Below are positions 1 through 9,634 of a stretch of 64,000 bases of DNA, piece by piece. Each line of letters opens with the position of its first letter. Positions within the stretch are counted from its first letter, which is position 1. Location of the stretch: assembly GCA_945889645.1 (NCBI GenBank), contig CAMDCA010000001.1:11272-75271 (forward strand), read 5' to 3'. The position numbers were made by a program, and so were the translations under genes. The stretch is from Rhizobium sp. Q54. Lineage in GTDB: Bacteria > Pseudomonadota > Alphaproteobacteria > UBA2966 > CAIVPW01. The notes beneath the pieces were generated by a model. It was given only the letters and a program-made list of their open reading frames with translations. It did no database searches and was not told where the DNA came from.

Positions 1-606
1 GACCAGCTCGACCGCACGTTCGCCGCGGTGGCGAACGACTGGCCGAGCATCGACTTCGTCGTGCACGCCATCGCCTACTCCGACAAGGACCAGCTCAAGG
101 GCCGCTACGTCGACACCACGGCCGACAACTTCGCCATCACCCTGGCGGCCAGTTGCTACTCGTTCACCGCCATGGCGCAGCGCGCCGAGAAGATGATGCC
201 GAACGGCGGCAGCCTGCTGACGCTGAGTTACTTCGGCGCCGAGAAGGTGATGCCGCATTACAACGTCATGGGCGTCGCCAAGGCAGCCCTCGAAGCAAGC
301 GTGCGCTACCTCGCCATGGATCTCGGCGGCAGCAACATCCGCGTCAACGCCATCTCGGCGGGACCGATCAAGACGCTGGCGTCGTCGGCGATTGGCGACT
401 TCCGCTACATCATGAAGTGGAACGAGCTCAACTCGCCGCTCAAGCGCAACGTCACCATTGAGGAAATCGGCGGCGCGGCGCTCTACATGTTGAGCGACCT
501 GTCGCGCGGCGTGACCGGTGAAGTGCACCACGTCGATTCCGGCTATCACGTCCAGGGCATGAAGCGCGTTGACGCGCCCGACATCGCCGCGGCCGGCGAC
601 CGCTAG
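1..606 (+). CDS. fabI: enoyl-[acyl-carrier-protein] reductase (NADH) FabI, C-terminal part; the 5' end lies upstream of the window
   Basis: The translation (...VHAIAYSDKDQLKGRYVDTTADNFAITLAASCYSF...YFGAEKVMPHYNVMGVAKAALEASVRYLAMDLG...) matches the SDR-type FabI core including the Tyr/Lys active-site region. The reading frame is open from nt 1. Confidence 0.9.
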   Translation, partial: DQLDRTFAAVANDWPSIDFVVHAIAYSDKDQLKGRYVDTTADNFAITLAASCYSFTAMAQRAEKMMPNGGSLLTLSYFGAEKVMPHYNVMGVAKAALEASVRYLAMDLGGSNIRVNAISAGPIKTLASSAIGDFRYIMKWNELNSPLKRNVTIEEIGGAALYMLSDLSRGVTGEVHHVDSGYHVQGMKRVDAPDIAAAGDR

Positions 607-621
607 AACCCAAGGTCCGCG

Positions 622-1719
622 ATGTCGTTCAACACCTTCGGCCGCCTGTTCCGCTTTACCACGTGGGGCGAGAGTCATGGGCCCGCGCTCGGCGTCGTGG
701 TGGACGGCTGCCCGCCGCGCCTGGCCCTGACTGAAGCCGACATCCAGCCCTATCTGGACAGGCGCATGCCGGGGACGTCGCGCTTTGTCACCCAGCGCAA
801 GGAGCCGGACCAGGTACGCATCCTGTCCGGCACGTTCGAGGGCCAGACCACCGGCACGCCGATCAGCCTGATGATCGACAACGTGGACGCGCGCTCCAAG
901 GACTACGGCGACATCAAAGACAAGTTCCGTCCCGGCCACGCCGACTACACCTACGACCAGAAGTACGGCATCCGCGACTATCGTGGGTCTGGACGAGCGT
1001 CGGCACGCGAGACCGCGGCGCGCGTCGCCGCCGGTGCCGTCGCGCGCAAGGTGCTGGGGACCGGTGTGCGCATCCGCGGTGCGCTGATCCAGGTCGGCGT
1101 GCATACGGTCGATCGCAGCCGCTGGGACTGGGGTCAGGTCGGCAGCAATCCGTTCTTCTGCCCCGACGCCGAGACGGCCACGCGCTGGGAAAGCTACCTC
1201 GACGAAGTGCGCAAGGCCGGCTCGTCCGTCGGCGCGATCATTGAGGTCGTGGCCGATGGCGTGCCGCCCGGCTGGGGCGCACCGATCTACGGCAAGCTCG
1301 ACGCCGACCTCGCCTCCGCCATGATGAGCATCAACGCCGTGAAGGGCGTCGAGATCGGGTCCGGTTTCGCCGCCGCAGCGCTACGCGGCGAGGAGAACGC
1401 GGACGAGATGCGCGTCGCGCCGGGAGGCGCGCATTCGCGCAAGGATGGCAACGGCGTGAAGTTCACGTCCAACCACGCCGGCGGCATTCTCGGCGGCATC
1501 TCCAGCGGTCAGCAAGTTGTGGTGCGCTTCGCCGTCAAGCCGACCTCCAGCATCCTGACCCCGCGCAAGACGGTGAACGCGGCCGGCGAAGAGGTCGAAG
1601 TCTCGACCAAGGGCCGCCACGACCCGTGCGTCGGTATCCGCGCCGTGCCGATCGGCGAAGCGATGATGGCCTGCGTCCTCGCCGACCAGATGCTGCTGCA
1701 CCGCGCCCAGGTCGGCTAG
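622..1719 (+). CDS. aroC: chorismate synthase
   Basis: Full-length protein of 365 aa with the typical chorismate synthase N-terminus ([32 protein letters not shown]). It lies 16 nt after the fabI stop. Confidence 0.95.
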   Translation: MSFNTFGRLFRFTTWGESHGPALGVVVDGCPPRLALTEADIQPYLDRRMPGTSRFVTQRKEPDQVRILSGTFEGQTTGTPISLMIDNVDARSKDYGDIKDKFRPGHADYTYDQKYGIRDYRGSGRASARETAARVAAGAVARKVLGTGVRIRGALIQVGVHTVDRSRWDWGQVGSNPFFCPDAETATRWESYLDEVRKAGSSVGAIIEVVADGVPPGWGAPIYGKLDADLASAMMSINAVKGVEIGSGFAAAALRGEENADEMRVAPGGAHSRKDGNGVKFTSNHAGGILGGISSGQQVVVRFAVKPTSSILTPRKTVNAAGEEVEVSTKGRHDPCVGIRAVPIGEAMMACVLADQMLLHRAQVG

Positions 1720-2928
1720 CTAGCGCCGCAGGATCGCCACCAGTTCGACGTGGGCCGACCATAGGAACTGGTCCACCGGCACCACCCGCTCCAAGCGATA
1801 GCCGCCGTCCACCAGCGTCCGCGCATCGCGGGCGAAGGTCGCGGGATTGCACGACACGTAGGCGATGGTGGCGACCTTGGAGCGCGCCAGCGCGTCGCAC
1901 TGTTCCTTCGCGCCGGCGCGCGGCGGGTCGAGCACGACCAGATCGATCTTCTTCAACTCGTCGCCTTGCAACGGGCGGCGCGATAGGTCGCGAGCCTCCA
2001 CCGTGACGCGCAGGTTGGCGCGCCGCGCCGCATGCTCCAAGGCATGCGCCGCGGCGGCGTTGCCTTCGACCGCGTGCACCGGCGCAAGCGCGGCGAGTGG
2101 CAGGGCGAACGCGCCGCAGCCGGCGTACAGGTCCGCAACGCGCTTGGCGCCTTTGGCGGCGGCCTTTACCTCGGCAAGCAGCGCGGCTTCGGCGGTGGGG
2201 CTGGCCTGAACGAAGGCGCCCGCCGGCAGATCGACCGCGACTCCGCCGAAGCGCAAGACGGGCGTTGCGAGTTGGGCAAGCAACTCCGGTTCCGCATTGT
2301 CTTCGGAACGCCACGAGACGCGCGCCACGCGATGGATGGCAGCGAAGCGTGCCAGCACGCCGCGCATGGCCGCGTTCGGTTCACTGCGTTGTTCGAGGAT
2401 GAGGTCAGTGCCGCTCTCGGTGTCGGTGATCTCGAAGACCGCGTCGCCCTTGGCGAGGGTGCGCAACGCAGGCACCAGTGCAGCGAGCGGGGGACTGAGC
2501 AGCGGGCAGGCATCGAGATTGACGATGCGATGGCTTTCGCGCGCGCGGAAGCCGAGCAGCACCTGCTCGCCGTCGCGCGTCACCGCGAGGCGGGCGCGGC
2601 GGCGCTCGCCAGCGGGCGTCGCAACGACGGGGGCGACGTCCGTGGTCAGGGCGCGATGCGCCAGGGTCTGCACCACATGCTGGCGCTTCCAGGCCAATAG
2701 TTCATCGGCGCGCCAGGTCTGCAGGTCGCAGCCTCCGCAGTCGCCGAAGTGGGCGCAGGCCGGACCGACACGCGCTGGGCCGGGTTCCAGCACCTCGACG
2801 AGGCGGCCGCCGCTGACGCGCACCAAGTCGCCGGGCACGGTGAAGGGCACGAACACCCGGCCCTGCGGCGTCTCGGCGATGCCGTGGCCCTGGGCGCCGA
2901 TCGACTCGATGCGCACCGTGTCAGCCAC
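1720..2928 (-). CDS. rlmD: 23S rRNA (uracil-5)-methyltransferase RlmD/RumA family (TRAM domain, 4Fe-4S cluster, SAM-dependent methyltransferase)
   Basis: N-terminal TRAM-like domain, a Cys cluster (CAHFGDCGGCDLQ) and a C-terminal class I methyltransferase fold (DLYAGCGAFALPLA). The gene is convergent with aroC and abuts it exactly. Confidence 0.85.
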   Translation of the reverse strand: MADTVRIESIGAQGHGIAETPQGRVFVPFTVPGDLVRVSGGRLVEVLEPGPARVGPACAHFGDCGGCDLQTWRADELLAWKRQHVVQTLAHRALTTDVAPVVATPAGERRRARLAVTRDGEQVLLGFRARESHRIVNLDACPLLSPPLAALVPALRTLAKGDAVFEITDTESGTDLILEQRSEPNAAMRGVLARFAAIHRVARVSWRSEDNAEPELLAQLATPVLRFGGVAVDLPAGAFVQASPTAEAALLAEVKAAAKGAKRVADLYAGCGAFALPLAALAPVHAVEGNAAAAHALEHAARRANLRVTVEARDLSRRPLQGDELKKIDLVVLDPPRAGAKEQCDALARSKVATIAYVSCNPATFARDARTLVDGGYRLERVVPVDQFLWSAHVELVAILRR

Positions 2929-3661
2929 GGCGCCTCGCGGCGATGAGGAACTCGCGGTTGCCGGCGGGGCCGAGCAGCGGGCTCGGGTCGGTGCCGAGGA
3001 CGGACCAGCCTTGCGTCTCCAGCCACGCGGCGATGCGCGCGACGACCTCGGCGTGCAGGGCCTCGTCGCGCACGACGCCGCCCTTCCCTACCCGCTCCGG
3101 TCCGACTTCGAACTGCGGCTTGATGAGGGCGACGAGCGTGCCGTTCGGCTTGGCAAGGCCTAGGGCGGCGGGCAGCACGACTTCGAGTCCGATGAAGCTG
3201 GCGTCGCACACGATTAGGTCGATGGGTTCGGGTACGTCGGCCGCGGTGAGCGCGCGCGCGTTGAGGCCTTCCTTCACCACGACGCGCGGGTCCTGGCGCA
3301 GCTTCCAGTCGAGCTGTCCTTTGCCGACATCGACCGCGTAGACGCGTGTAGCGCCGCCGTGCAGCAGCACGTCAGTGAAGCCACCGGTCGAGGCGCCGAC
3401 GTCGAGACAGATCTTGCCGCTCGCCTGCAGGCCGAAGTGGGCGAGACCGTGGGCGAGCTTGACGCCGCCGCGGCTGACCCACGGATGCGGCGCGCCGCGG
3501 ACCTCGACTTCGAGCGCGGGATCGACCATGCGGCCCGGTTTGTCGAGGCGCTGCTCGCCGCTGAAAACCACGCCGGCCATGACCAGGGCGTGGGCGCGGG
3601 CCTTGCTCTCTGCCAGTCCGCGATCGACCAGCAACTGGTCGAGTCGCGACTTACTCTTCAG
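2921..3661 (-). CDS. tlyA: TlyA family rRNA (cytidine-2'-O)-methyltransferase, also called hemolysin A; the start codon is uncertain
   Basis: S4 domain ([28 protein letters not shown]) followed by an FtsJ-like methyltransferase ([15 protein letters not shown]...IVCDASFI). There is no ATG, GTG or TTG in frame between the homology start and the dxs stop. The only candidate start is CTG at 3661, which overlaps the dxs TGA. Confidence 0.8.
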   Translation of the reverse strand: MKSKSRLDQLLVDRGLAESKARAHALVMAGVVFSGEQRLDKPGRMVDPALEVEVRGAPHPWVSRGGVKLAHGLAHFGLQASGKICLDVGASTGGFTDVLLHGGATRVYAVDVGKGQLDWKLRQDPRVVVKEGLNARALTAADVPEPIDLIVCDASFIGLEVVLPAALGLAKPNGTLVALIKPQFEVGPERVGKGGVVRDEALHAEVVARIAAWLETQGWSVLGTDPSPLLGPAGNREFLIAARRRG

Positions 3662-5625
3662 AGGGCGCCCGTGGTTCCGTTGGCGCGGACGGCGCGGGCC
3701 GCCGCGGCACCGATCGCCTCGACCGCCGCGGCACCGATCGCCTCGACCGCGGCGGTGACGATGGCGGGCGCCTGCAGGCCCGCCACCGCGAGCTGGTTGG
3801 CGGGCGCGTCTTGGTCGATGAAGCGGTCGGGCAGGAACAGGGTGCGCAGCTTGAGGCCAACGTCGAGCAGGCCGTTGCATGCCAGCACGTCGAGCACCTG
3901 CGCTGCAAAGCCACCAATCGCGGATTCCTCGACGGTGATGAGGACCGGGTGGTTGCGCGCCAGCGTATGCACCAAAGCGACGTCGATCGGCTTGGCGAAG
4001 CGGGCGTCGGCGACAGTCGCCGGAAAGCCAAGAGCGGCGAGCTCGTCGGCGGCGCGCATGCACTCGGCGAGTCGCGTACCGAGCGACAGGATGGCGACGG
4101 CGCCGCCTTCGCGCACGATGCGGCCGCGGCCGATTTCGAACGGCGCAGGATCGGGGGGAATGGCGATCCCGGTCGCCTCGCCGCGCGGGTAACGGAAGGC
4201 GCTGGGGCGGTCGTCGATGGCGACGGCGGTGGCGATGCTGCGCGCCAGTTCGGCCTCGTCGGACGGCGCCATCACGACGAAATCGGGCAACGCGGCCAAC
4301 ATGCCGACGTCATAAGAGCCGGCGTGGGTGGCACCGTCGGCGCCGACCAGCCCGGCGCGATCGATGGCGAAGCGCACGGGCAGCTTCTGCAATGCGACGT
4401 CGTGCACGACCTGGTCATAGGCGCGCTGCAGGAACGTCGAGTAGATGGCGGCGAACGGCTTGAAGCCTTCTGCGGCGAGGCCGGCGGCGAACGTCACGGC
4501 GTGCTGCTCGGCGATGCCGACGTCGAAGCAGCGATCGGGGAAACGCTCGGCGAACTTGTTTAGGCCGGTGCCGGACGGCATGGCGGCGGTGACGGCGACG
4601 ATGCGCCGGTCTTTCTCGGCCTGGTGGATCAACTGGTCGGCGAAGACAGTGGTGTAGGTCGGCGGCGCCGTCGGCTTGGCCGGCGCCTGGGCGCCGGTGA
4701 CGATGTCGAACTTGCCGACGCCGTGGAACTTGTCGTCCGACTTCTCGGCCGGCTCGTAGCCGTGGCCCTTTTTGGTGCGGACGTGAATCAACACCGGTCC
4801 CGCGGCGCGGAAGTCGCGCACGTTGCGCAACACGGGCAGCAGGCTGTCGATGTTGTGGCCGTCGAGCGGGCCGACGTAATAGAAGCCCAATTCCTCGAAC
4901 AGCGTGCCGCCGGTGGCGAGGCCGCGGGCGTATTCCTCAGCGCGCCGCGCCGTGCTGCGCAGCGAGCGCGGCAGCTTGGCGGCGACGCGCTTGGCCATGC
5001 TGCGGAAGCCGCGGTATTGGCGCGACGAGATCAGGCGCGAGAGATAGGCGCGCATCGAGCCGACGTTGCGCGAGATCGACATGTCGTTGTCGTTGAGGAT
5101 GACGATCAGCCGGCTCGACATGGCGCCGGCGTTGTTCATCGCCTCGTAAGCCATGCCCGCCGTCATGGCGCCGTCGCCGATGACACAGACGACGTTGTGG
5201 TCGCCACCCGACAGATCGCGCGCCACCGACATGCCGAGGCCAGCGGAGATGGAAGTCGAGGAATGCGCGGCGCCGAACGGGTCGTATTCGCTCTCGGCGC
5301 GGTTGGTGAAGCCGGACAGGCCCCCGGCCTGGCGCATGCTGGCGACGCGGTCGCGGCGGCCCGTGAGGATCTTGTGGGCGTGGGCCTGGTGGCCGACGTC
5401 CCAGATCAGGCGGTCGCGCGGCGTATCGAAAACGTAGTGCAGCGCCACGGTGAGTTCGATGACGCCGAGGCCGGCGCCGAGGTGGCCGCCGGTGCGCGAC
5501 ACGGCGCGGATGACCTCGCCGCGCACTTCGTCGGCGAGCGGCTGCAACTGCTCCGGCTTGAGGCCGCGCAAGTCCGCCGGCAGGCGGATGATGTCGAGAA
5601 GTTCGGTGGAGCGCGAATAGGGCAT
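3658..5625 (-). CDS. dxs: 1-deoxy-D-xylulose-5-phosphate synthase
   Basis: 655-aa protein with a TPP-binding transketolase-like fold ([32 protein letters not shown]). It sits downstream of ispA, giving the canonical xseB-ispA-dxs order. Confidence 0.95.
   Translation of the reverse strand: MPYSRSTELLDIIRLPADLRGLKPEQLQPLADEVRGEVIRAVSRTGGHLGAGLGVIELTVALHYVFDTPRDRLIWDVGHQAHAHKILTGRRDRVASMRQAGGLSGFTNRAESEYDPFGAAHSSTSISAGLGMSVARDLSGGDHNVVCVIGDGAMTAGMAYEAMNNAGAMSSRLIVILNDNDMSISRNVGSMRAYLSRLISSRQYRGFRSMAKRVAAKLPRSLRSTARRAEEYARGLATGGTLFEELGFYYVGPLDGHNIDSLLPVLRNVRDFRAAGPVLIHVRTKKGHGYEPAEKSDDKFHGVGKFDIVTGAQAPAKPTAPPTYTTVFADQLIHQAEKDRRIVAVTAAMPSGTGLNKFAERFPDRCFDVGIAEQHAVTFAAGLAAEGFKPFAAIYSTFLQRAYDQVVHDVALQKLPVRFAIDRAGLVGADGATHAGSYDVGMLAALPDFVVMAPSDEAELARSIATAVAIDDRPSAFRYPRGEATGIAIPPDPAPFEIGRGRIVREGGAVAILSLGTRLAECMRAADELAALGFPATVADARFAKPIDVALVHTLARNHPVLITVEESAIGGFAAQVLDVLACNGLLDVGLKLRTLFLPDRFIDQDAPANQLAVAGLQAPAIVTAAVEAIGAAAVEAIGAAAARAVRANGTTGAL
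3701..3748. repeat. perfect 24-bp tandem duplication (GCCGCGGCACCGATCGCCTCGACC, two copies) inside the 3' end of dxs
   Basis: Read directly from the sequence. It duplicates eight residues (AAVEAIGA) in the DXS C-terminal tail. Confidence 0.9.
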
Positions 5626-5639
5626 CGGGCTTCTTATTC

Positions 5640-6557
5640 TTAGTGGCTGCGTTGCACGACAAACCGGGCGAGCCGGCGCAAGAAAGCGCCGCGTTCGCCG
5701 AACGCATCCAGGTGCGCCACGGCCTGATCGGCGAGCATGGTCGCCTGGGTGCGGGCGCGTTCGGGTCCCAACAGGGCAACGAACGTCGCCTTGCCGAGAG
5801 TAGCATCCTTGCCGACCTTCTTGCCCGTCGCGGCTTCGGTGCCCTCGACGTCCAACAGATCATCGACGATCTGGAAGGCCAGGCCGAGGTCGCGGGCATA
5901 GGCCTTGAGCGCCTGGCGTGCCGAGGCCGGTGCTTTGCCGAGGACGGCGCCCGCCTCGCAGGCGAATGAGATCAGGGCGCCGGTCTTGAGCTGCTGCATG
6001 CGGGTGATGGTGCCGATGTCGGCCGGCTTGTGCTCGACCACCAGGTCGATCATCTGGCCCCCGACCATGCCGCGCGGGCCGGCCGCCTCGGCCAACGCGC
6101 GCACCAACTCAAGGCGAACCTCGGCGTCGGCGTGGGTTTCCGGGTGCGCCATGACCTCGAAGGCGAGCGGCAGCAATGCGTCACCGGCCAGCACCGCGGT
6201 GGCCTCGTCGTACTGCTTGTGCAGGGACGGCTGGCCGCGGCGCATGTCGTCGTCGTCCATGCAAGGCAGGTCGTCGTGCACCAACGAATAGGTGTGGGCG
6301 AATTCCACGGCGACGGCGACGCGCAATGCGGCGCGGCGCGGCACTGAGAACAACTCGGCGGTGGACAACGCCAGCACCGGACGGAAGCGCTTGCCCGGCG
6401 CCAGCACGGCGTAGCGCATCGCCTCGGCGAGGCGGCGCTCCGGCCCGCTCGGCTCCGGCAGCAGTGTCTGCAGGACGGCGTCGATCTCGGCGGTGGCGGC
6501 GGCCATCGCCTCGGCCACGCCGATCACGCCTTTGCCAGGTTGGGCCGACAAGGTCAT
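5640..6557 (-). CDS. ispA: polyprenyl diphosphate synthase (farnesyl or geranylgeranyl diphosphate synthase)
   Basis: Carries the first and second Asp-rich motifs ([17 protein letters not shown] and FQIVDDLLD). The likely ATG at 6557-6555 overlaps the xseB stop as TGATG. The ORF track extends further upstream to 6650. Confidence 0.9.
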   Translation of the reverse strand: MTLSAQPGKGVIGVAEAMAAATAEIDAVLQTLLPEPSGPERRLAEAMRYAVLAPGKRFRPVLALSTAELFSVPRRAALRVAVAVEFAHTYSLVHDDLPCMDDDDMRRGQPSLHKQYDEATAVLAGDALLPLAFEVMAHPETHADAEVRLELVRALAEAAGPRGMVGGQMIDLVVEHKPADIGTITRMQQLKTGALISFACEAGAVLGKAPASARQALKAYARDLGLAFQIVDDLLDVEGTEAATGKKVGKDATLGKATFVALLGPERARTQATMLADQAVAHLDAFGERGAFLRRLARFVVQRSH

Positions 6558-6814
6558 CAGTCGGGTTGGATGGGAACAGCGGTGACCGTGCCACCGCGCA
6601 ACTCGATGCGCTCGACCTGCTCGCGCGCCGACTCCAGCTTGGCCTCGCAATGGCGCTTGAGCTGGGTACCGCGCGTATAGGTGGCGATCGATTCCTCCAG
6701 GCTGACCTCGCCGCTTTCCAGCCGGCGCACGATCTCCTCCAGGTCCTCAAGGGCGCGCTCGAAGGTCATGGTGCGGATGTCCGCCGGGATGTCGGATGAG
6801 TCGTCGCGGGGCAT
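6557..6814 (-). CDS. xseB: exodeoxyribonuclease VII small subunit
   Basis: About 85-aa protein (MTFERALEDLEEIVRRLESGEVSLEESIATYTRGTQLKRHCEAKL). It is in the conserved position upstream of ispA. The start is one of two in-frame ATGs at 6829 or 6814. Confidence 0.85.
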   Translation of the reverse strand: MPRDDSSDIPADIRTMTFERALEDLEEIVRRLESGEVSLEESIATYTRGTQLKRHCEAKLESAREQVERIELRGGTVTAVPIQPD

Positions 6815-6972
6815 TTCGGGGCGGGGCATTGCAGGCCTTTGGCCGAGCCTTGGGTTGTGCGGCGCGGGGTCAAGTTTAGGCACCGCTTCCGGCGCCCTTC
6901 AAGCAGGCCGATGCTTGACGGTGACGGGTGTGTCATAGGCTCACGGCAGAATCGCGGCAACCCTAGCGGGCA

Positions 6973-7911
6973 CTAGCGACCCCTGGCCGCCATGAGCTCG
7001 CGCACATGAGCGGCGGCGGATGCGCCCAGGGCGTCCAGGTCATAGCCGCCTTCGAGCAGCGAGACGACGCGGCCACGGGCGTGGCGTGCGGCAACAGCGC
7101 ACAGCGCGCGGGTTACCCAGGCGTAGTCGTCCTCGGTCAGGCCGAGGCCGCCAAGCGGATCGGCGTGATGCGCATCGAAGCCGGCCGAGATCAACACCAA
7201 CTCCGGCGAGAAGGCGTCGAGCTTGGGCAGGATGACGTCCTCGAACGCGCGGCGGAATTCGGCTCCACCGGAGCCGCCGCGCAGCGGGACATTGACGATG
7301 TTGCCCGCCACCCCCTGCTCGTCGGCGTGGCCGGTACCCGGATAGAACGCGTCCTGGTGGGTGCTGGCGTAGAACAAGCCGCGGTCGGATTCGAACATGT
7401 GCTGGGTGCCGTTGCCGTGGTGGACGTCGAAGTCCACGACGGCCACGCGGGCGAGCCCGTGCACCGCGCGCGCCTGCAGCGCGCCGATGGCGGCGTTGTT
7501 GAAGAAGCAGAAGCCCATGGCCCGCGCCCGCTCGGCGTGATGCCCGGGCGGCCGCACGGCGCAGAACGCGTTGGCGACCTCACCCGCCATCACCGCGTCC
7601 ACCGCAGCGGTCGCGGCACCGGCGGCGCGCAGCATGGCAACGCCGGTGCCGGCGCCCAGGGCGGTGTCAGGATCAATGCGGACATAGCCCTCCGTCGGCA
7701 CGGCAGCGAGGACTGTCTGCACGTAGCGCGGATCGTGTACGCGGCCGATCGCGTCGAGCGTGGCCTCGGGCGCGTCGCGCCATGCGAGGGCGGCGAACTC
7801 CGGCTGGCGCAGGGCCGCGAGGACCGCCTGCAGCCGCGCGGGGTTCTCATAGTGCCCCGGCTCCATGCGATGCAGCAGACAGTCCGGATGGGTGAAGACG
7901 GCGGTGGTCAT
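6973..7911 (-). CDS. histone deacetylase / acetoin utilization (AcuC/AphA) family amidohydrolase
   Basis: HDAC-superfamily motifs are present (RPPGHHAERARAMGFCFFNN, DFDVHHGNGTQ, SAGFDAHHADPLGGLGLT). The likely start is MTTAVFTHPD at 7911. The upstream part of ORF 6973..8049 reads as GC-rich junk. Confidence 0.8.
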   Translation of the reverse strand: MTTAVFTHPDCLLHRMEPGHYENPARLQAVLAALRQPEFAALAWRDAPEATLDAIGRVHDPRYVQTVLAAVPTEGYVRIDPDTALGAGTGVAMLRAAGAATAAVDAVMAGEVANAFCAVRPPGHHAERARAMGFCFFNNAAIGALQARAVHGLARVAVVDFDVHHGNGTQHMFESDRGLFYASTHQDAFYPGTGHADEQGVAGNIVNVPLRGGSGGAEFRRAFEDVILPKLDAFSPELVLISAGFDAHHADPLGGLGLTEDDYAWVTRALCAVAARHARGRVVSLLEGGYDLDALGASAAAHVRELMAARGR

Positions 7912-8214
7912 GTCCCGCTCCCGTACCGACACCGTAGGCGCAGACAAGGTACGGCCGCGAACGGGCGCGGCGCCGGAACGGCGGCGAACCGGGCCGAACG
8001 GCGGGCGATGCGGCGGCCAACCGCCGTTCTGGCCCGTTGATCGCCGCATCTACGGGCAGATTCGCCCCTCCGGCCCGACCTCCGCCGGAGCTGCCGTTGT
8101 TCTCCGTAGATACGGGCGTCGGCGCGCTTACGGGCGATCTGGGCAGGCGCGACGTGCGCGCGCGTCCCCGTGGCGGGCGTGGGCCGCGCGGATGCTGGCT
8201 GGGAGCGAGGGTTC

Positions 8215-8246
8215 ATCACAATACGTAATGTATACTACGTATTGTG
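8215..8246. promoter_or_regulatory. perfect 12-bp inverted repeat TCACAATACGTA-N8-TACGTATTGTGA; a candidate operator in the AT-rich region upstream of hipA
   Basis: Read directly from the sequence. The element sits in a roughly 180-bp AT-rich stretch whose composition differs sharply from the flanking DNA. Confidence 0.5.
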
Positions 8247-8314
8247 ACATTTCAAGGGCGCTCTCGCTTTTCCGTCGATCCACGCTTGGAAGAGCTCTGG
8301 GGGTCGTATAAATG

Positions 8315-8357
8315 ATAGTTTATACGTTGACAAAATTGCAACAAACGTATAAACTAT
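8315..8357. promoter_or_regulatory. 14-bp inverted repeat ATAGTTTATACGTT-N15-AACGTATAAACTAT overlapping a sigma70-like promoter (TTGACA at 8327-8332, then TATAAA/TAAACT)
   Basis: Read directly from the sequence. It shares the ACGTATA core with the upstream palindrome and lies about 50-90 bp before the hipA ATG. Confidence 0.5.
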
Positions 8358-8404
8358 AATTTATTAGTGGAAAGATTCGCAGCCAAAGATAAAGTAGATT
8401 TTAT

Positions 8405-9634
8405 ATGGCGGTCGCTCTCTGGGGCAAAGTTTACAACAACAGCTTCGCCGGTGAATTGCGGCAGGAGCCCGGGGGCCGCTGCGTCTTTACGTATGACTCG
8501 ACCTACATCCAGTCAAAGGGAGCGCCCATCGCCTACACCTTGGCCGTTCGGGCCGAGCCCCACATCTGCGAACCGGGGCTCCACCCCTTCTTCGACAACC
8601 TGGTGGCCGAGGGCTGGCTCCGCAATGCCCAGGCGAGAGCCCTCAGGGTTGACACCAGCAACCGCTTCGCGCTGCTTCTGGCCTTCGGCCACGACACCGC
8701 CGGTGCCGTCAGTATCGTTGATCCTGCGCCCGTGCAGGAACCAGTGATCGATCTCGATTCCGTCACTGCCGCCGCTCTCAGCAGCCGCGCCTCAATCTCC
8801 GGAATCCAGAGAAAGCTTCTCGCCGTCCAAGAGGGGAAGCGCTTCCGTCCGGCGAAGCGGGAGGAAACCTCGACCTACATCGCCAAGTTTTCGTCGGGGA
8901 CCCTTACCGACATCGTGGAGAACGAATACCTCACGACAATTTCCAACAAAGCATTGCTGCCCGACCACGACATCGTGGACGTGCAAGTGGGCGTCCTCGA
9001 CGGAATCCAGGAAAAGGCCGTGCTCGTGAAACGCTTCGACCGGTTGTCGAGCGGCAAGAAGCGGCACTTCGAGGAGTTCAACCAACTCATGGGCCGTCGC
9101 TCCGGCGACGACAAGTACGAGGCCGCCTACGAAGACATTGCCTCGTTCCTCCGCGGGGTTCCGGGGCATACAGCGGTCGATCTGCTCCGACTCTTTGAGC
9201 GCATCCTGGTTTGCTTTCTCACCGGCAATACCGATGCGCATCTGAAGAACTTCGCGATGTTCCATACGGCGGACGGCCTGAGATTGACGCCTGCCTACGA
9301 TCTCGTGGCGGCAGCCCTGTACCCCGAATACCAGACGCTGGCCCTCGCGGTGGGCAACGCCGCCAACCTTGGAATCGCCAATCTGAAGCCGAAGCACTTC
9401 CTGTCCCTTGGCGAGGCCTACGGTCTCGACGCCAAGCAAGTTCTGCGCGTCGTAAGCGCACTCGACTCGCGCCGCGCGGCAGCGGCCAAAGCAGTGCTAC
9501 GAGCAGCAAAAAGGATCGAGGCGGAGACGCTCGGTCAGAACCTTGTCGAATTGATGGAGAAAAGATGGAACGGGAGTTTCGCCTCAACTGGGCAGTACTT
9601 GTCGAAGAAGCAATCCGGCGACGACGGAAATTGA
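8405..9634 (+). CDS. hipA: HipA-family serine/threonine kinase toxin (type II toxin-antitoxin system)
   Basis: HipA N-terminal domain (MAVALWGKVYNNSFAGELRQ...CVFTYD), a Gly-rich ATP loop region (SISGIQRKLLAV) and the catalytic DAHLKNFAM motif. The gene has lower GC than the surrounding DNA. Confidence 0.85.
   Translation: MAVALWGKVYNNSFAGELRQEPGGRCVFTYDSTYIQSKGAPIAYTLAVRAEPHICEPGLHPFFDNLVAEGWLRNAQARALRVDTSNRFALLLAFGHDTAGAVSIVDPAPVQEPVIDLDSVTAAALSSRASISGIQRKLLAVQEGKRFRPAKREETSTYIAKFSSGTLTDIVENEYLTTISNKALLPDHDIVDVQVGVLDGIQEKAVLVKRFDRLSSGKKRHFEEFNQLMGRRSGDDKYEAAYEDIASFLRGVPGHTAVDLLRLFERILVCFLTGNTDAHLKNFAMFHTADGLRLTPAYDLVAAALYPEYQTLALAVGNAANLGIANLKPKHFLSLGEAYGLDAKQVLRVVSALDSRRAAAAKAVLRAAKRIEAETLGQNLVELMEKRWNGSFASTGQYLSKKQSGDDGN

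Noticed and set aside
1535-3209. Several 100-290-aa Arg/Ala/Pro-rich ORFs on both strands (1535..2314, 2297..3163, 2646..3209, 1626..2006 and others)
   Set aside because: All overlap rlmD or tlyA in alternative frames. Their composition is typical of GC-rich frame noise and I see no recognisable domains.
8160-8400. AT-rich block as a possible tRNA, insertion sequence end or integrase attachment site
   Set aside because: I found no tRNA-like cloverleaf sequence, transposase or integrase ORF, or terminal inverted repeats typical of IS elements. It is better explained as a promoter and operator region of the acquired hipA module.
8367-8747. 126-aa ORF starting in the AT-rich region upstream of hipA
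   Set aside because: After 13 codons it runs out of frame through the hipA N-terminal domain. HipA homology fixes the frame that starts at 8405.
9211-9564. N-terminal 118-aa extension of the HTH ORF inside hipA
   Set aside because: It is an out-of-frame read-through of hipA coding sequence. The RBS-preceded ATG at 9565 and the onset of the HTH homology define the real gene.
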